Source of the DNA: an uncultured virus (IMG/VR IMGVR_UViG_3300022562_000410)
Lineage: Duplodnaviria > Heunggongvirae > Uroviricota > Caudoviricetes
DNA: 64,000 nucleotides
Direction: 5' to 3' (one strand)
Virus record (IMG/VR): IMGVR_UViG_3300022562_000410
The notes beneath the pieces were generated by a model that was given only the letters and a program-made list of their open reading frames with translations, made no database searches and had not been told where the DNA came from. Position numbers and translations under genes: made by a program. Shown here piece by piece: positions 45,343-56,325 of this stretch (positions are counted from its first letter, which is position 1; each line of letters begins with the position of its first letter).

Positions 45343-46531
45343 AGGCCTCAGGAAGTATTCCTCGACCCTGTTTCACGGCAAGAACCCCATTCAGGCAGCA
45401 AAGTGGTCAGGGCGATTGCCTGACCATAAGAACCTGACCAATCACCAGCTTTGCATCGTGGCCAGCGGCATAGTGACGGCTGGTGTCTATGCGGTTCATA
45501 TCATCCCCGACACAGATCGCGAGGACATGTCGGCGACCATCGGCCTGACCCTAGACCTGACAGGCAAGAACTCAGCGATGATCCGGTTCACTGGCGTCAT
45601 CAAGGGCATCAGGTTGTTCACCACGACGCCGATCACGGATTCGGTGACCCTGAGCGCCGTCCTGTCCTCGTTCTCGCGTTACAAGCGATCTCACGAAGGC
45701 TCAGCACCAAGACCCGGCGATCGTCTGGACTATGTAAGCAGCACGATTGCCATGACTCGTGCCAGCGGGTTCAGTGATTTCACTGCCAATACCGAGAATC
45801 ACCGCAACATGATCTACCACCAGATCGCGCTGTCGGCCAACAACGCACTGGCGGATCAGTATCGGGTGAGGATCATCCCCGAGAGCGAGTACACACTGGA
45901 AGCCTCCGTGGATACCGGACGCATCATCGACTTCAACAACACGGAGTCGGCGTTCGTTTATTTCGGTGGCGTAATGCAGGGGATTCATCTCGAAGCGATC
46001 ACGGCTCCAACCGCTGGCAGCATTGTCAGCATGGTGCTGTCCTCGACTGTCGAACGCTCGGACGAGATTATCTACGATTTCATTGGTGATTCACCCACGG
46101 TTGACGACCATGTGGGTGATCTCAATAACCCGCATCAGACCTCGTGGGATAACCTGCTGAACAAGCCGGAGGTGTTCCCCAACCACGAGGTTTTGCGGAT
46201 TCCGCTGACGATACCAAACGAATACCAGCTTCTGATTTGGGAGAAGTTCGAGATCGACGGCGGAGCGCTGGAAGTGGCTCCGGGCGGCAAGTTGATTATC
46301 TTGCATGATCGCCCAGAGACCGAACTGACCGGGCCAGACTTCACTTACAATGGAAGCGGAGAATTGACCCAGATCGATTATGACAATGGGGAACAGAAAC
46401 TGTTCACGTACACCGCTGGTGATCTGATCCGGGTGGACACCCTCATCGATGGGACGACGTTGAGGAAGGACTTTTATTACGGCGGAGGGGGAGAGCTGGA
46501 TTACATTGATGAGTATTATGTTTACGCTTAA
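45332..46531 (+). CDS. Putative virion structural protein
   Basis: HVGDLNNPH fibre-type motif; YD-like C-terminal strands. Confidence 0.55.
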   Translation: MIVEGLRKYSSTLFHGKNPIQAAKWSGRLPDHKNLTNHQLCIVASGIVTAGVYAVHIIPDTDREDMSATIGLTLDLTGKNSAMIRFTGVIKGIRLFTTTPITDSVTLSAVLSSFSRYKRSHEGSAPRPGDRLDYVSSTIAMTRASGFSDFTANTENHRNMIYHQIALSANNALADQYRVRIIPESEYTLEASVDTGRIIDFNNTESAFVYFGGVMQGIHLEAITAPTAGSIVSMVLSSTVERSDEIIYDFIGDSPTVDDHVGDLNNPHQTSWDNLLNKPEVFPNHEVLRIPLTIPNEYQLLIWEKFEIDGGALEVAPGGKLIILHDRPETELTGPDFTYNGSGELTQIDYDNGEQKLFTYTAGDLIRVDTLIDGTTLRKDFYYGGGGELDYIDEYYVYA

Positions 46532-46547
46532 ACAGGAGTAAAGCACC

Positions 46548-48476
46548 ATGTCTCTCGTAGCCACTGACTGGACAATTGACCGGGCAACCGGGAACATCCG
46601 GTACACCGGGAACGACCACAACGGAGCTGCGCCGTCGTATGCCACAGTCATCGAATTCCATCGCTGGTTGCAGGACTTGGCGGACGACGCAGAGTTCGTG
46701 GGCGATGATGAACTCGACATCATCGATGACACCCCGTCTGATCGTTCAACCGACAACATCATCACCCTGATCAACGGGTTCAATATCGACGACACTGCCG
46801 CCGAACACCTCTACGACGGCTCGATCATTCAGGCGGGCGGCAACACGATCTACGACGGCATCGTGAACTTCGGCAACGCTGGCGTGATCATCCAGATTCA
46901 TCAGGACGGAGCGGTCCTGACCGACGACTGGTGGAACTACTCGGTAGGTGGCAGCGATGATACCAGTACCAATGCCGCCTTCCTGACGGACAGTGGGGCC
47001 ACGTTCACCACCAATGAGTTCGTTGGTTATTTCATCTACAACGTCACGGACGGCAGCTTCGGTCTGATCACGGCAAACACTGGCACCACGGTTACCGCGA
47101 CCCTGCAGGGCGGGACCTTGGACAACTGGAACAGCGGTGATGCCTACCTGATCGCCAAGGGCTTGAATGAAGATTCAGCCTCCGGCATCTCGCACCGGTT
47201 CATGATCAAGGTGCGGACGGGCGGGGTAGATACTGATGGCCGTCGCCTGATCGGCACCACCCGGCGTTGGGGGTTCACCTACTCCGAGTTCAAGATTTCA
47301 GCCGGTACCTCGCGAGGCAATAACGTACTCGCGCTGGGCGACTCGGCGGACCTGAACAACACTACGGCCTACAACACTGTGTCGGGCTGGTCGACGATCG
47401 CCAACAGCACTGAAGGCTTTGTCCAGCTCGACGTCAACAACGACACGACTAACGAGGACTACTATTCCGAGTGGAACCGGGATACCTACACCATCAACCA
47501 GTTCTACGAACGGATGAAGTTCCTGACCACGGACGGCTCCAGCTCAACCTTGTATGGCCTGAACGGCGAACTGTTCCGTGGCATCACCCATGAGCTAGAC
47601 GTCGATGGTGGCAGCGGCACATGGGGCACACCAGAGCATGAAGAGATCACGTGGACGGGTGGTTCAGGGCGACTGCTGGCGGTCGACAACAAGACCGGTA
47701 CCAGCACCACGAAAATCTGGTTCCAGTTGCTCACTGGCGTCGTCCCGACCGACAACCAGACGATCACCGGCACTACTTCCAGCGCCACAGCGGACGCTGA
47801 TCTGACGACGGGAGCATTGACGGCACGCCCGATCTCGACACCCTTTGTCGGTGTATCCACCGGCTCGGCATTGATCGGTTCCTATGGGTTGTCTTTGGAG
47901 GTTGCCGACCTCGCCGCCACCGACACCGTGTTCGATCTGACCAATACAGCAATCACACCACCAAACAACGTGACCTTCACGGTATCGGGACTGGTTTCTG
48001 GCGAAGATCGGGTGTTGGTATCCAACGACAACACGGGTATTGACTTCACCCAAATGACGCTGGCCACAACCCTGAGTGCCGCTGCCGAGACGACAGTCGA
48101 CGTAGGGGCTGGAAACATCCCGGTTGATACGCCAGCCAGCGGCACGATCCGCATTCAGCGGGATAACGGTCTTTACAGCCGTCATCCGTTCAGTGCCTAT
48201 GACGCAGGACGCCAGAACTTCACAATCACCTCGGCAGACTTCAGCACCAACAATGCGACGTCAGGCAACGATGTGTTCGTAAGCTACATCGACAAACTGG
48301 CAGGAGCGACCTCGGAGCAGTTCACCACGGTCTACAACGCCAGCCGGACGCTGTTCATCCGGGTGCGGGATGGTGGCACTGCGGGCGATCTGGAGGGCAC
48401 AAAGACCTACGAGGGTACAGGCGTACTGGGTTCTAACGGAGGCTCGGTCACGATCAACCGTATTAGTGATGTCTAA
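46548..48476 (+). CDS. Putative virion structural protein
   Basis: T/G/D-rich 642 aa; AGGAG SD. Confidence 0.65.
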   Translation: MSLVATDWTIDRATGNIRYTGNDHNGAAPSYATVIEFHRWLQDLADDAEFVGDDELDIIDDTPSDRSTDNIITLINGFNIDDTAAEHLYDGSIIQAGGNTIYDGIVNFGNAGVIIQIHQDGAVLTDDWWNYSVGGSDDTSTNAAFLTDSGATFTTNEFVGYFIYNVTDGSFGLITANTGTTVTATLQGGTLDNWNSGDAYLIAKGLNEDSASGISHRFMIKVRTGGVDTDGRRLIGTTRRWGFTYSEFKISAGTSRGNNVLALGDSADLNNTTAYNTVSGWSTIANSTEGFVQLDVNNDTTNEDYYSEWNRDTYTINQFYERMKFLTTDGSSSTLYGLNGELFRGITHELDVDGGSGTWGTPEHEEITWTGGSGRLLAVDNKTGTSTTKIWFQLLTGVVPTDNQTITGTTSSATADADLTTGALTARPISTPFVGVSTGSALIGSYGLSLEVADLAATDTVFDLTNTAITPPNNVTFTVSGLVSGEDRVLVSNDNTGIDFTQMTLATTLSAAAETTVDVGAGNIPVDTPASGTIRIQRDNGLYSRHPFSAYDAGRQNFTITSADFSTNNATSGNDVFVSYIDKLAGATSEQFTTVYNASRTLFIRVRDGGTAGDLEGTKTYEGTGVLGSNGGSVTINRISDV

Positions 48477-50323
48477 TGACCGCCGCAACATACACGACGA
48501 ATCTTGCCGACATTTTCACGGACGGCTCTACTACCGGGTGGACCGCACTCGGTGGTGGGGCCTCCGGTCTGGCGCAGGAGACTGATTACTTCATTCAGAA
48601 CACGTCGTGCCTGAGCAAGGCGGCGTTTGCCTCAGCCACCAAGGGCATGATCTTCAGTTACGGCTCAGATGCCGGTGGCTCAGGATCGGACGGTGCTTAC
48701 ATTGCGTGGATGACCCATACCGCACCGAACTCACTGGCAAACCGCAGCGCGGGTGGCATGCAGTTCCTGATCGGTTCCGGTACCGGCGACTACGAGCAGT
48801 ACTACGTTGGTGGGGCCGACACCATGGTGTTCCTCGGCTGGGAACTGGTTGCTGTCAGCGAAACGGTCTCTGGGGACAACACCACCGGCTCCCCCTCTTC
48901 CACCGTGGAATCGTACTTCGGGGCGCTCTGGAACCTGCCCTCTGGTGGTCCAACGAAGGGCAACCCGAACGCCATAGACGCGATCCGCTTCGGGCGTTGC
49001 GATGCGATTATCGAGCTGGGCGACGCGACCCCCAACGGTCCAGCCAACTTTGACGACGCTATCTCGACGCTGGACTCGATCGCAAACCGTTACGGCCTGC
49101 TGACACAGCGTAAGGCGGGCGCGGCGATCGAGAACTCAGGTCTGGTCCAGTTCGGCAGCAGCACCAACGCGGTGCTGTTCGAGGACAGCGACAAGACGAT
49201 CCTGCTGCGGAACCATCCCCACGTCACAGCCAACTTCCACACATGGGAAGTTCAGAACGCCTCCAGCTCGGTCACCCTGACGCGCATCACGGTGCAGGCA
49301 CTGGGTACGACCAGCCCCGGACGCTGGGTAACGACGGACAACGCCACGCTGGCCTTCACGGCTTGCTCGTTCATCGACATGGGCGTGTTCGGCTTCGAGA
49401 GCAACGCCAGCATTCTCGGCTGTCTGTTTCTGAGGACGGATGAGATCACGGCGAACACGGCAGACTTAACCGGCTCTTCGTTCGTGGATTGCGCGGCGGC
49501 GGCGGATGGAGCCTGCGTGATCTGGGATGTAGCTACTGATCCAGATGGCTACTTGGACGACACCAGCTTCGACTCAACGAATTCCACCAACGCGATCCAT
49601 GCGATCGAGTTCGGCACGACATCACCAACCTCGATTACCCTGCGCGGGATTGATTTCAAGGGCTTCAACGCCACCAGCGGGCAGAACGACAGTACCTTCA
49701 ATGTCCTGCGCGGCAGTGGTACCGTCACGATTAACCTCGTGAACTGCACCAGTGACGTCTCCTTGACCAACTCCTACAAGTCAGCCGGGGCGACGGTGAA
49801 CATCGTGGCCAACCCAGTGACTACCACGGTTTCCTGTGTCGACAGCACCGGGGCGGCAATCTCTGGCGCACGGGTCTTCCTGCAGGCAGCGAATGGCACC
49901 GGTCCTTTACCGTTCGAGGACAGCATCAGCATCACCCAGACTGGCGGCGTGGCTACGGTCAGTCATACAGCGCATGGCCTTGCCACCAATCAATACGTTG
50001 TGATCCGTGGGGCGACCGAGGAGGGCTACAACAAGGTTGCCCAGATCACGGTCACTGGCGCGAACAGCTACACTTACTCAGTGGACAGCGGGCTGTCGTC
50101 CCCGGCTACTGGAAGTCCAGTCTCAACCGGCGTGCTGGTCTATGGGACCACGGGCGCTCCGGGGACGGTAACAGATACCCGGACCCTGTCAGCCAGCCAG
50201 CCAGTGACGGGATGGGCGCGGAAGTCGACCTCCAGCCCTCTGTACAAGACCGCTCCGATTACTGGCACAGCCAGTAGCTCGGCGGACACGACCTTAACGG
50301 CGGTTATGATCGGAGATGAATAA
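48476..50323 (+). CDS. Putative virion structural protein (beta-helix/Ig-like)
   Basis: T/S/G-rich 615 aa. Confidence 0.65.
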   Translation: MTAATYTTNLADIFTDGSTTGWTALGGGASGLAQETDYFIQNTSCLSKAAFASATKGMIFSYGSDAGGSGSDGAYIAWMTHTAPNSLANRSAGGMQFLIGSGTGDYEQYYVGGADTMVFLGWELVAVSETVSGDNTTGSPSSTVESYFGALWNLPSGGPTKGNPNAIDAIRFGRCDAIIELGDATPNGPANFDDAISTLDSIANRYGLLTQRKAGAAIENSGLVQFGSSTNAVLFEDSDKTILLRNHPHVTANFHTWEVQNASSSVTLTRITVQALGTTSPGRWVTTDNATLAFTACSFIDMGVFGFESNASILGCLFLRTDEITANTADLTGSSFVDCAAAADGACVIWDVATDPDGYLDDTSFDSTNSTNAIHAIEFGTTSPTSITLRGIDFKGFNATSGQNDSTFNVLRGSGTVTINLVNCTSDVSLTNSYKSAGATVNIVANPVTTTVSCVDSTGAAISGARVFLQAANGTGPLPFEDSISITQTGGVATVSHTAHGLATNQYVVIRGATEEGYNKVAQITVTGANSYTYSVDSGLSSPATGSPVSTGVLVYGTTGAPGTVTDTRTLSASQPVTGWARKSTSSPLYKTAPITGTASSSADTTLTAVMIGDE

Positions 50324-50397
50324 TGAACGCAGGTGTATTGTGGAGTGCGTTTAATCTAATCATGACAGGCAATGTCCTCGGAATTCCAAGGGAGCAT

Positions 50398-50670
50398 ATG
50401 AGAATGCAGTTTGGATCGACCGATAGAGAACCGGAACCTACCGAGGAGCAAAAGCAGGCGCAAGCGGCTCGTGAGGTGCGTGACAGGACGGCGACGATTG
50501 CCGGAATCAGCGCTGAGCTGCAGATTCAATCACAGCGGATGGAGAAGCTGTTCGAGGAACTTCATCGAACACAGAACCTGTATCAGACTCTGCTGAACCG
50601 TTTCGAGCAGTTCGAGCGGCAGCGGGTGAAGGAGCTGCAGAAGCTGCTGAACGGAGGGCCAACGGCCTAA
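50398..50670 (+). CDS. Small coiled-coil protein
   Basis: Q/E-rich; start uncertain. Confidence 0.55.
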   Translation: MRMQFGSTDREPEPTEEQKQAQAAREVRDRTATIAGISAELQIQSQRMEKLFEELHRTQNLYQTLLNRFEQFERQRVKELQKLLNGGPTA

Positions 50671-50673
50671 GCG

Positions 50674-51180
50674 ATGGCGATCACGATAGACTACGCCACC
50701 AAGGTGATCAGTGTGCCTCAGGGCGACTGCACGCTGGTCAGTGGTACGGTCTATACGATGGATACCGAGAGCGTGTTCCGGCAGACTATCATGGCGCTAC
50801 TGGCCGATGAGGATCACATCTGGATGGATGATGTCTATGATCATGCCACTCAGCGCTCGGTGGCCGGGGTGACGTACGCCAGAGCGATCTCGATCATCAA
50901 TGGCTACACGATCCAGTTCACGCCTGACAGCCAATGGTCGGTAGTACTGACCGGGTCCAACAATGATCTGTGGGACGTGCTGGGCGGAATCCTTGTCCAG
51001 AATCAGGTTCAGGTGATACCAACCAATTCGGCTGGGTTGGTTGTGGCGGGCACGGGCGGAGGTGCGACGGCGCAGGAAGTATGGGAATACCTGCTGACCT
51101 CAGGGCAACAGGCACAGGCGGAGCTGATCAAGGCACGGCTCAACGCAGGGAACGCATTCGCCGTGAGCGCGGCGAAGTAG
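50674..51180 (+). CDS. Putative virion structural protein
   Basis: GGAGG upstream; position in fibre module. Confidence 0.6.
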   Translation: MAITIDYATKVISVPQGDCTLVSGTVYTMDTESVFRQTIMALLADEDHIWMDDVYDHATQRSVAGVTYARAISIINGYTIQFTPDSQWSVVLTGSNNDLWDVLGGILVQNQVQVIPTNSAGLVVAGTGGGATAQEVWEYLLTSGQQAQAELIKARLNAGNAFAVSAAK

Positions 51181-51189
51181 GAGAACGGG

Positions 51190-53010
51190 ATGAGCGAGAT
51201 CACCCTATACGAAGGAGCAGCAGCCGCAACACCACCCTCTGGCGGAATCACCATCTATGCCAAGGTCAACCACCGGCTTTATTGGAAAACCGACACGGGC
51301 GTCGAGATTCCGTTTTATCCCGAGGGCGCGGGCACAGGTGATCTGAACTCTGACGGCAGCGTCGCCCTAACCGTCAACTGGGACATGGGCAACTACCAGA
51401 TGCGGGCGCTGCAGTTCTACCCAGATGCCACCACTGGCACACCGCCATTTGTGGTCGACTCTACGACTTTAGTCGCAAACCTGAACGTCGATCAGCTCGA
51501 TGGCTACGAGGCGTCCGCCTTCGTCCTGCTGGCAGCAACCGATATCTCCACTGCTGGGTTCTTCCTCGACGAAGACAACATGATCTCGGATGATCCAACC
51601 AAGGTAGCCAGCCAGCAATCGATCAAGGCTTACGTCGATATGAAGACGGCTGGGGCCCTGATGTTCCAGACGGGCTATAACGCCAGCACCAATAGCCCCG
51701 ACCTGACGACCTCGCCGAACTCTATCCTGAAGGGCCAGTACTGGGTGGTCAGCGCTGCCGGAACCTCGTTCTACAGCCTGAATCTGGAGATAGGGGACAC
51801 CTTGATTGCTAATCAGGATGATCCCTCGCTCGTGGGTCATTGGACGGTCCTACAGACGAATCTCGATGCGGCCAGTATCAAGACCCTGTATGAATCGAAC
51901 AGCAACACCAATGCCTATCCAGATGCTGACGTGGCGGTAGTTGCCGCAGCCTTGGTCGATGGTGATTTTTCCGGGGCCAATGGCGAGATGCAGAAAACGG
52001 GCAGCGGAACCTACAGCACAATCAAGTGCGACTTTGCGGCCACTGCCGATCCAGATGCAAACTATGACAACACGGCTGGCTGGGCAGTTGGTAGTCGCAT
52101 TATCAACGTCAACAACGACACGGTGTGGACGTGTGTTGATGCGAGCACTGCCGCTGCGTTATGGACGGAAGGCGGTGGCGCGGGTGGACTGGTACCACAG
52201 TTCAAGACCGCCAGTTTCACAGCCGTCGCAGGCAACATGTATTTCTGCGACACGTCAGGTGGGCCAATAGCCGTCACCTATCCTGCCGGAGTTGATCAGG
52301 ACAACATCGCAATCTATGGCGATGCAACGTCAAGAGCGAACAACATCACCATCACGCCCGATGGCTCCGAGACCATCGACAACGACACCTCGTTCGTCAT
52401 CGACCAGAACTTTGGTCAGGCGAATACTGCCTATGATGCCGCCAACACCAACTGGGTCTGTGCCTTAACCGGCATGCCAGAGGTGGTTAATGTCGAGGCT
52501 TACATCATAGGAGCACAGACTTTTATTTTTAGAGCTGGCGACTTTGGTTTGGGTGGTACACCACCGTCACTAGGAACGGCTGCTGGGAACTATGGCGTTA
52601 AGGTTCTGGCATTTGATGATTCAGCCTATGAAGCGGCAAACTTGGCCTTGCCGATGCCCAACCGATGGAACGAGGGACAGTTCAAATATCGGATAATCTG
52701 GCAACCACTTTCAACAGGCACCGGGACAGTTCAGTGGGGAGTTTATGGAAACGCCGCCACCGATGGTAGTGTTATGCCAACTTCTTCGGTGGGCGCTTCT
52801 GTTGAAGATGCTGCTAGTGGAACGGCCAATGCTTGGCAAACCACCATATGGTCAGCATGGTTTTCATTCGGCAACACCCCTGATTTGACAAAGATGATAG
52901 CCCTCAGGGTGCAGCGTAATGGTCCGTCTGGGCCTGATACTTATGTAGGAGATGCAAACTTTATCGCCATCGAACTTCAGTGGGTCTCTAACGCAGCAAC
53001 GGATGATTAA
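51190..53010 (+). CDS. Tail fibre protein
   Basis: VANLNVDQLDG, ASQQSIKAYVD fibre-type motifs. Confidence 0.75.
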   Translation: MSEITLYEGAAAATPPSGGITIYAKVNHRLYWKTDTGVEIPFYPEGAGTGDLNSDGSVALTVNWDMGNYQMRALQFYPDATTGTPPFVVDSTTLVANLNVDQLDGYEASAFVLLAATDISTAGFFLDEDNMISDDPTKVASQQSIKAYVDMKTAGALMFQTGYNASTNSPDLTTSPNSILKGQYWVVSAAGTSFYSLNLEIGDTLIANQDDPSLVGHWTVLQTNLDAASIKTLYESNSNTNAYPDADVAVVAAALVDGDFSGANGEMQKTGSGTYSTIKCDFAATADPDANYDNTAGWAVGSRIINVNNDTVWTCVDASTAAALWTEGGGAGGLVPQFKTASFTAVAGNMYFCDTSGGPIAVTYPAGVDQDNIAIYGDATSRANNITITPDGSETIDNDTSFVIDQNFGQANTAYDAANTNWVCALTGMPEVVNVEAYIIGAQTFIFRAGDFGLGGTPPSLGTAAGNYGVKVLAFDDSAYEAANLALPMPNRWNEGQFKYRIIWQPLSTGTGTVQWGVYGNAATDGSVMPTSSVGASVEDAASGTANAWQTTIWSAWFSFGNTPDLTKMIALRVQRNGPSGPDTYVGDANFIAIELQWVSNAATDD

Positions 53011-53012
53011 TC

Positions 53013-53786
53013 ATGGGCGCTCTTTCTTCTAAGTTCACAGCTTATATAACAGATGATGCGACCATCGGGGATGCTGACATCAAGGGTGGCAAGATCGGCT
53101 ATGGCACTGACGGAAAGCACGTCGGCACCATGCTGGCTGAGGACCCTTATTGGGCTAACGTGGTGTTCCTGCTTCCCTGTCGGACTGTTGCTCCATTCTG
53201 GTGGTATGCAAGCAGCGGTGGGCCGCTGTACGGTGGGTTTGATACAACGTCACCCAAGTTCGGGAATGTGAGCTATTACGCAGACGGCAGTGGCGATGTC
53301 CTGTTTGCAACGCTACCTGCCTTGGGTACTGGTGATTTTACTATCGAGACGTGGCTGTGGCCGATCACTGGTGGGGCTGGAAGTAATTATGGCCGCATCT
53401 TTCAGATTGGTCCAAACAGCACCGCTGGTGGCTTATTTCTTGTCAGGAACAATGCGCCTAATCCACTGAGCTTTCTGTGCCAGTTCTGTTACACCTCATC
53501 GTATACAACATTGTTCAGCCCCGGCACGACGATCCCCAATACCACATGGGCGCATATCGCAATGGTCCGGGCCAGCGGTGTATTGAGCTTTTACGTGAGC
53601 GGGACGAGGGTCTATACCGGGACTCCAAGTACTTTCAACATCACGCAGACGTTGCTTTGTCTTGGTGCTAATAACTCTGCCGCTGAGAGCTTTAATGGCA
53701 AGTTCAACAACCTTCGCATCACGACCGCAGCGCGATACTCGGGGGCCACCCTGACCTTACCCACAGAAGAGTTCCCGACTTATTAG
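53013..53786 (+). CDS. Concanavalin A/LamG-like lectin-fold protein
   Basis: DPYWANVVFLL, GDFTIETW, WAHIAMVR, NLRIT..ARY. Confidence 0.8.
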   Translation: MGALSSKFTAYITDDATIGDADIKGGKIGYGTDGKHVGTMLAEDPYWANVVFLLPCRTVAPFWWYASSGGPLYGGFDTTSPKFGNVSYYADGSGDVLFATLPALGTGDFTIETWLWPITGGAGSNYGRIFQIGPNSTAGGLFLVRNNAPNPLSFLCQFCYTSSYTTLFSPGTTIPNTTWAHIAMVRASGVLSFYVSGTRVYTGTPSTFNITQTLLCLGANNSAAESFNGKFNNLRITTAARYSGATLTLPTEEFPTY

Positions 53787-53794
53787 GCAGGCCA

Positions 53795-54487
53795 ATGACC
53801 AAACTCTCAGATTATTTTCAACGGGTTCTAACTGGCCAGCAGCCGGGAGGGTTCAATGGAATCCTGTGTGATCTGAGCACTCCCAGAGGGGCTTCTGGTG
53901 CCTATACGCTGGACATGGCCAATGCAGTGATCCTTGCCACCGAGATGAGTCTCCTCAGTTCGGCAGGCGGGACGCTGGATTCAGAGGGATTTTTTACGTG
54001 GACTTCAGCCGTACCTATCGGCTCTAGTTCAGGTGCTCCGCCACGGCTGACCAGCGTTACCAGAGAATATCTTTTCGAGATTAAGACCCTCACCACGCCA
54101 GCCGATGGGAACAACATCTATTGCATATTCAATTATGTTGATGCGAGCAACTACTGGGTCATCATTTTTCAGTACCTGACTGCCAGCACCCTTTACCAAG
54201 CTTATCTCTATGAAATAACGGGTGGCAGCGGCACGCAGCGCGGCGTTATCAACATGTCCACCACCCTCGACCATCCATCTTATTTCCGAATCACAGTGCG
54301 TGACTACGGGGATCGCGTTACCTTGTTTGTCGATGGTTGGAAGACCGACAACACAAGTTTGTACGACTCTAAGACTTTAACTTACACCGTAGCCAGTCGT
54401 CCCAACAAAGGCGGCGTCGGATTTTATATCAATCTGGTCAACGGAAATAAATACGCCTTCAGGCGAATGCGGGTTGCAGATGTCTAA
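53795..54487 (+). CDS. Hypothetical beta-rich protein
   Basis: ORF at end of fibre module. Confidence 0.6.
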   Translation: MTKLSDYFQRVLTGQQPGGFNGILCDLSTPRGASGAYTLDMANAVILATEMSLLSSAGGTLDSEGFFTWTSAVPIGSSSGAPPRLTSVTREYLFEIKTLTTPADGNNIYCIFNYVDASNYWVIIFQYLTASTLYQAYLYEITGGSGTQRGVINMSTTLDHPSYFRITVRDYGDRVTLFVDGWKTDNTSLYDSKTLTYTVASRPNKGGVGFYINLVNGNKYAFRRMRVADV

Positions 54488-54566
54488 TTCGCAGCAAACC
54501 GAGGTGTTAGTTTGTTATCATGGGTTAGCCAGTATTGGCTATCTTGAATGATTTGCGGAGGGGACT

Positions 54567-55031
54567 GTGACAGATCATAATGACGCAGCAAAGGAAGGCC
54601 GACAGATTCCGTGGAAGCCGGTGTCGATAGCAGGGATCATCACACTGATGGTGGCTATAGTTCCGATACACGATAGAGTGTACGACTCCCGCTATGTCCG
54701 AACGGATCGTGACAGTTTCGAGAAGGTTCACAAGGAATTCGCCCTAAAAGATCAGGTGCTCACTGTCAGTGAAGCGATGCCCATCAAGGAGCAGGTCGCC
54801 AAGATCGATCGGAACTCCTCCCAGAACACAGAAAAACTCGATACGCTACTTATCTCATCGGCGATCCAGTTGGCGATTTCCGCCGAGGATCGCTACGAGC
54901 GATTGAGCAATACACCAACAGCCTCGGAACAGGACGTACACGACGCCAAGGCTACAATGATCAAAGCCCAGCGATACCGGGATTGCTTGTTGGATCGACA
55001 ACCCAACTGTCAGGCCTTAAGGGTCTGGTAA
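54567..55031 (+). CDS. Membrane-anchored protein upstream of the endolysin
   Basis: GGAGG SD; one TM segment. Confidence 0.55.
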   Translation: MTDHNDAAKEGRQIPWKPVSIAGIITLMVAIVPIHDRVYDSRYVRTDRDSFEKVHKEFALKDQVLTVSEAMPIKEQVAKIDRNSSQNTEKLDTLLISSAIQLAISAEDRYERLSNTPTASEQDVHDAKATMIKAQRYRDCLLDRQPNCQALRVW

Positions 55032-55438
55032 TGAGTCTCGGGGCACGTCAGGAAGAGTTCATGGAGCTGGTGCCACGCTTGCTAGACAAGGTCCATGAGC
55101 TGGGTTTCAGAATCCGTGGGGGTAGCCTCTTCCGTGATCCACGCCTGCATGGCCAGAAAGGGCATCCAGACGTGATGACATGGCTGGAGACCAACTTCCC
55201 TGAGGCCTTCACCGCCGCAGAGGCGGCAGGGTATCGTGGCTACGGCTCACGAGTCTCGCTGCACAAAGACAAGTGCGCCATTGACCTGAATCTGTTTCTT
55301 GACGGCCAGCCAGTGACGGGTACTGACGAGCACGCTCCCATTGGCGCATGGTGGGAAGAACAAAACCCGCTGTGTCGGTGGGGTGGTCGCTTCAACGACG
55401 GCAATCACTACGAATATCTCGCTGAGCCGTGGCGATGA
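55031..55438 (+). CDS. Endolysin, M15-family peptidase
   Basis: SLHxxxxAIDL and WGGRFNDGNH zinc-binding motifs. Confidence 0.9.
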   Translation: MSLGARQEEFMELVPRLLDKVHELGFRIRGGSLFRDPRLHGQKGHPDVMTWLETNFPEAFTAAEAAGYRGYGSRVSLHKDKCAIDLNLFLDGQPVTGTDEHAPIGAWWEEQNPLCRWGGRFNDGNHYEYLAEPWR

Positions 55439-55680
55439 AGGCCGCATTCACCGCCTTCGGCAGGTTTATCGAGAAACTGGTTGAGCAGCACAAACTGGTG
55501 CGCCGTGGGCTGGTTGTTTGGATCGTGGTTGAGATCACATGGGTAGTCGACCGGGTCTTCACCAGCCCGCACGAGATTACAGCGCCGGAGGCTACTGCAT
55601 TTGGTGTGCTGACCGGCTTGTTGACATTGGTCCTCGGGTTTTACCAACGAACGAGGAGCAAGGAGGACGGGGATAAGTGA
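55435..55680 (+). CDS. Putative holin (2 TM)
   Basis: Two hydrophobic segments and charged tail, between endolysin and spanins. Confidence 0.65.
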   Translation: MKAAFTAFGRFIEKLVEQHKLVRRGLVVWIVVEITWVVDRVFTSPHEITAPEATAFGVLTGLLTLVLGFYQRTRSKEDGDK

Positions 55681-56093
55681 GCGCTTTGGATTTAGCTAAA
55701 GGTCTGCTGGGCAAGGCCAACCCCTACGCGATCTACATCAAGTGGGGCGCGATCTTCGCAGTGGCCTTACTGGCTTTCTTCTATGTGCGGGGTGCTGAGC
55801 AAGCCAAGGCTGACGTAATCACCCTGTCAAGTGATTTAGATGAAGCGCAGGCGAACACACGCAAGAATCAAGAAGCCTTCGAAACCTGTTCCGCTGCCAA
55901 TGAAGCGAACCGGGCGGAGGCCGAGCGCCAGCGGCACTTAGTCATGGTGGCTGAGGCCCGGATAGAGATGATGCGGCGACAAGCCGATATCAAAGTAGAG
56001 GATATAAACCATGAGGTGGGAACCTTCCGTAGCGCTGGGCTTGAGTGCCCTGCTCTCACTGATGATTTTCGTCAGTGGGTGCGCGGCTCCTAA
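55677..56093 (+). CDS. i-spanin (Rz-like)
   Basis: N-terminal TM plus coiled coil with Cys. Confidence 0.75.
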   Translation: MSALDLAKGLLGKANPYAIYIKWGAIFAVALLAFFYVRGAEQAKADVITLSSDLDEAQANTRKNQEAFETCSAANEANRAEAERQRHLVMVAEARIEMMRRQADIKVEDINHEVGTFRSAGLECPALTDDFRQWVRGS

Positions 56094-56325
56094 GCCGATA
56101 ACCGTCTACGAAACCAAGGAGGTCGTGCGGGACCGGTATGTCCCTATCGACCCCTCCTTGACCGCCCCGGTGGATATAATCACCTTGTCGGAGGACTTCG
56201 ATCTGTACGCACTGGGGGCGGCGTACAAGGCCCAGAGAGTTCGTGCCGAACAGTGCAACGGCCAGCTTGCGGAGATCGCCAAGCTGGGCAATTCAATGAA
56301 ACGAGAGGACCAATTCCATGAATAG
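56011..56325 (+). CDS. o-spanin lipoprotein (Rz1-like)
   Basis: Lipobox VSGC; overlaps 3' end of i-spanin; QCNGQL. Confidence 0.8.
   Translation: MRWEPSVALGLSALLSLMIFVSGCAAPKPITVYETKEVVRDRYVPIDPSLTAPVDIITLSEDFDLYALGAAYKAQRVRAEQCNGQLAEIAKLGNSMKREDQFHE

Noticed and set aside
37084..54487. Diversity-generating retroelement or invertible tail-fibre switch
   Set aside because: No reverse transcriptase, invertase, or template/variable repeat pair was seen.
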